This document shows positions 36,192 through 39,400 of a stretch of DNA of 39,400 bases, piece by piece. The position numbers and the translations under genes are program-made. The stretch spans positions 1 through 39,400 of the forward strand of contig JBIOKB010000002.1 of NCBI GenBank assembly GCA_044451405.1, written 5' to 3'. Positions within the stretch are counted from its first letter, which is position 1, and every line of letters begins with the position of its first letter. The notes beneath the pieces were generated by a model that worked only from the letters and a program-made list of their open reading frames with translations, had not been told where the DNA came from and searched no databases. Source of the DNA: Candidatus Babeliales bacterium. GTDB lineage: Bacteria; Babelota; Babeliae; Babelales; Vermiphilaceae.

Positions 36192-36336
36192 GATGATCCT
36201 TTGGGTTAAATGAAGAGTAGGGTAGAGATGTCGATCATTAGTATACGACAGTATTAATTTTTTTCTAGGTCCAGGTTGTTAGGGTGCTTTATTTTGGGCT
36301 TTTTCAAATAGGCTTATTTATGATAAGATAAGATAT

Positions 36337-38313
36337 ATGAAAAAACCATTATTTAAGCTTCACTCGCCATTTCCGCCTGCAGGGAGTCAGCCAGAGGCAA
36401 TAGCCCAACTGGTTGCTGGCCGTCCAGGAAAATCAACCCTTGTTGGGGTAACTGGGTCTGGTAAAACGTTTACCATGGCTAATGTTATTGCACAACAAGA
36501 TAAACCCGTATTGATTTTATCACCGAATAAAACGTTAGCAGCCCAGTTGTATGAGGAATTTTCCCTCTTTTTCCCTGAAAATAAGGTCTGCTACTTTGTC
36601 AGTTATTACGATTATTATCAACCGGAATCCTATTTGCCAGCTCAAGATATTTATATTCCTAAAGAGACAAAAGTAAATAGCGAAATTGAGCGCTTGCGTA
36701 TTGAATCGGCTGCATCACTGGTGAATCGTAAAGATACCATAGTCATCGCTTCTGTTTCTTGTATCTACTCATTAGGTAATGCACAGGATTATAAAAATTT
36801 AGCGCTTGGATTACACGTTGGTCAAAATATCAGCCGTACTGATCTTATTAAGCAGCTAATTTTCATTCAATATAAGCGTAATGATATGGAAAGTAGCTCG
36901 GGGATATTTCAAGTGATGGGTAATACTATCGAAGTGAATTTACCCTATCAAAAAGATAAGTTACGCATTGAACTATTTGGCGATACCATTGAAGCAATGC
37001 AATGGGTGAGCAAGCACAATAATACGGTGGTTAAAGAACTTGATAATACCATTATTTTCCCAGCCAAATATTTTGTTACCACACAAGATCAGAAAAATGC
37101 AGCAATGACAACCATTCAAGCAGAACTTGATGCGTGGGCTCCGCAGCTTACAAATCCTATCTACCAAGAGCGTATTAAAACCCGCGTTGCTCATGATTTA
37201 GAGATGATTCATGAAATGGGCTACTGTTCTGGTATTGAAAATTATTCGGTTCATTTTGATGGGCGTACTTCAGGACAAAAACCCTACTGCTTATTTGACT
37301 TCTTTGAAGATAAAGATTTCTTGCTCATTATTGATGAATCCCATATTGCAATCCCGCAGTTGCGCGGTATGTATGCCGGTGATCGTGCGCGTAAAAAAGC
37401 GCTTATTGAATTTGGCTTTAGATTACCATCAGCATATGATAACCGTCCCTTAAAATTTGAAGAAATTGAGCAGTATTTTAATGATGTCGTCTTTGTTTCA
37501 GCGACTCCTGGTCCATATGAATTAACACATTCAGATAGAGTGGTAGAGCAAGTGATACGGCCTACCGGTTTGCTTGATCCCGTACTTGAAGTACGCCCGC
37601 GCATAGGGCAGATGGATGCGTTGCTTAAAGAAATTAAAGACACGAGTGAAAAGGGGTATCGCACATTAGTGACAGTGCTTACAAAAAAATTAGCTGAAGA
37701 GCTTGCGCGCTATCTTGAAGAGCGGCATATCAAAGTGTGTTACATGCACAGTGATTTAAAAACACCGCAGCGTACTGAAATCTTACAAAAACTACGCTTG
37801 GGTATTTTTGATTGTGTGGTAGGTGTGAACTTATTACGTGAAGGGCTCGATCTTCCTGAAGTTGCGTTAGTTGCAATCATGGATGCTGATATTGAAAGTT
37901 TCTTGCGTGATCAGCGTTCATTAATTCAGATTATTGGCCGTGCTGCGCGTAATACCGAATCAAAAGTACTTCTGTTTGCTGATACTATTACCCGCTCAAT
38001 GGAAGCTGCTATCAGAGAAACTGAGCGGCGCCGTGCTATGCAGGAATCCTATAATACTGAGCATGGTATTGTACCACAAACGGTAAAGCGTGATGTAACC
38101 AAAAGCATCGTGAACAACATCCAGCTTGCCATTGCAGCAGCGTCTGCAAAGAAATCTAAGAAGAAGAAAGATACAGAAACACCAGTGATTGATAGTGCAC
38201 AACGTATTATGCAGCTTGAGATTGAAATGCAGCAAGCAGCGCGTGAACTTAATTTTGAAAAAGCTATCGCACTGCGTGCTGAATGGTTCAAGCTCAAGGG
38301 CGGCACGTTTTAA
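36337..38313 (+). CDS. uvrB: Excinuclease ABC subunit B
   Basis: GVTGSGKTFTMAN, NKTLAAQLY, FVSYYDYYQPE, IDESH, GFRLPSA, VSATPG, NLLREGLDLPEV, GRAARN, C-terminal UVR domain LNFEKA. Confidence 0.98.
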   Translation: MKKPLFKLHSPFPPAGSQPEAIAQLVAGRPGKSTLVGVTGSGKTFTMANVIAQQDKPVLILSPNKTLAAQLYEEFSLFFPENKVCYFVSYYDYYQPESYLPAQDIYIPKETKVNSEIERLRIESAASLVNRKDTIVIASVSCIYSLGNAQDYKNLALGLHVGQNISRTDLIKQLIFIQYKRNDMESSSGIFQVMGNTIEVNLPYQKDKLRIELFGDTIEAMQWVSKHNNTVVKELDNTIIFPAKYFVTTQDQKNAAMTTIQAELDAWAPQLTNPIYQERIKTRVAHDLEMIHEMGYCSGIENYSVHFDGRTSGQKPYCLFDFFEDKDFLLIIDESHIAIPQLRGMYAGDRARKKALIEFGFRLPSAYDNRPLKFEEIEQYFNDVVFVSATPGPYELTHSDRVVEQVIRPTGLLDPVLEVRPRIGQMDALLKEIKDTSEKGYRTLVTVLTKKLAEELARYLEERHIKVCYMHSDLKTPQRTEILQKLRLGIFDCVVGVNLLREGLDLPEVALVAIMDADIESFLRDQRSLIQIIGRAARNTESKVLLFADTITRSMEAAIRETERRRAMQESYNTEHGIVPQTVKRDVTKSIVNNIQLAIAAASAKKSKKKKDTETPVIDSAQRIMQLEIEMQQAARELNFEKAIALRAEWFKLKGGTF

Positions 38314-38381
38314 GACATTTACTTTTACCAATGTGCCTACTAGACTATTTTTCTACATTAATTTTTGAACGCGAGGCATGT

Positions 38382-39400
38382 ATGGTATGTGATCTAAGTA
38401 AGATGGTGCGCTTTTGCGTATCAATAATCATCATTGTAGGAATATGTGGGTTACTCAGTTTTGTTATCTATTCACGTATAAAGGGACAACCAACGTCTAT
38501 GAAGCCATATGCAACTATCACCTCAATCCAAGATCTGGTGAATCTTTTTCCTCAACAACCGCAGGATATTAAGCAGCGGACACAAAAAAGTATCGATGCT
38601 GCAAAAGCAGCTCTCGATCAACTTATTGCAATTCCTGATGATCAACGAACGTATGAAAATACAGCGCGTGTTTTTGATGTAGTCTGTACGTTGTCAGATG
38701 GAAGCATTGTGCGGAACGTGCTTTCAGTACTTGAAATGGTGAGCCCTGATAAAGCCATACGTGGTGCATGTCATGAAGCCGTTGAGCAGATGAACAATTT
38801 TTCGGTCGATGCACTTGAAAATAATGAGAAACTTTATAAAGCGTTAAAAAGCTATGCAGCGCGCAGTGTAGACGATGCTACGCTTACGACTGAACAGCGC
38901 TATTTTATTGAAAAAACAGTTGAAGATTATGAACGCAATGGCCTTAATTTGCCGCTTGCTGAGCGCGATGTAGTAGGTAAACTGAAAAAAGAACTTGCAA
39001 AACTAGAGCAAGATTTTGAAGTGAACATCGCTACTGATAATCGTACAATCACCGTTGATGCAGCAGAATTAAAAGGGTGTTCACAAGATTTTATCAAGAG
39101 CTTACGCACAACAGAAGATGGTCACTATGTGCTTGGTGTCGATTACCCAACGTATCATATGATCATGGAGCATTGCAGTGTGACAGCAACACGCAAACGA
39201 TTATATGATGAGTATGTGAATCGTGGGTATCCAAAAAATCACGAAATTCTACAAACGGTTATTGCAAAGCGTGATCAACTTGCACATATTTTAGGATTTA
39301 ACAGTTACGCAGAATTTGATTTAGCTGATCAGATGGTAGAAACCCCAGAGCGCGCAGAGCAATTTTTACATGATTTGTATGCACGTGCATCTAAAAAAGA
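38382..39400 (+). CDS. M3A family metallopeptidase (thimet oligopeptidase/oligopeptidase A-like), runs off the window; not in the supplied ORF track
   Basis: Open frame from ATG 38382 (alternative ATGs 38403, 38499): RTYENT, VSPDKAIR, DYERNGLNLP, VDYPTY, TRKRLY..Y.NRG, RDQLAHILGFNSYAE; HEXXH lies beyond the window. Confidence 0.85.
   Translation, partial: MVCDLSKMVRFCVSIIIIVGICGLLSFVIYSRIKGQPTSMKPYATITSIQDLVNLFPQQPQDIKQRTQKSIDAAKAALDQLIAIPDDQRTYENTARVFDVVCTLSDGSIVRNVLSVLEMVSPDKAIRGACHEAVEQMNNFSVDALENNEKLYKALKSYAARSVDDATLTTEQRYFIEKTVEDYERNGLNLPLAERDVVGKLKKELAKLEQDFEVNIATDNRTITVDAAELKGCSQDFIKSLRTTEDGHYVLGVDYPTYHMIMEHCSVTATRKRLYDEYVNRGYPKNHEILQTVIAKRDQLAHILGFNSYAEFDLADQMVETPERAEQFLHDLYARASKK

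Noticed and set aside
36240-36336. SOS/LexA box upstream of uvrB
   Set aside because: No E. coli-type (CTGT-N8-ACAG) or Gram-positive-type (GAAC-N4-GTTC) box seen

Overview
AT-rich bacterial chromosomal window with no rRNA, tRNA, CRISPR array, integrase or transposase that I can see. Housekeeping genes (tkt, ABC-F, corC-like, rpoD-dnaG-lgt, mnmG, mraY, trmH-family, tgt, tal, uvrB, a truncated M3 peptidase) alternate with many orphan ORFs that have signal-peptide-like N-termini. Together with a metazoan-type transketolase and a Chlamydia-type TGT, this suggests an intracellular bacterium, possibly Dependentiae/TM6 (inference only). Main observations: (1) a modular family of short palindromic elements with compensatory base changes, found between genes, nested inside one another and in frame inside proteins; (2) a 636-bp RelE-type toxin-antitoxin cassette bracketed by a 25-bp direct repeat that duplicates the 3' end of the host gene, with no recombinase nearby; (3) a large fibre-like protein made of 7-repeat LVIVD blocks joined by near-identical, mosaic DNA linkers and ending in a Peptidase_S74-type chaperone domain; (4) three tandem small ORFs, each with an AGGAG ribosome-binding site, ending at a terminator. 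All assignments come from reading motifs by eye; no searches were run.
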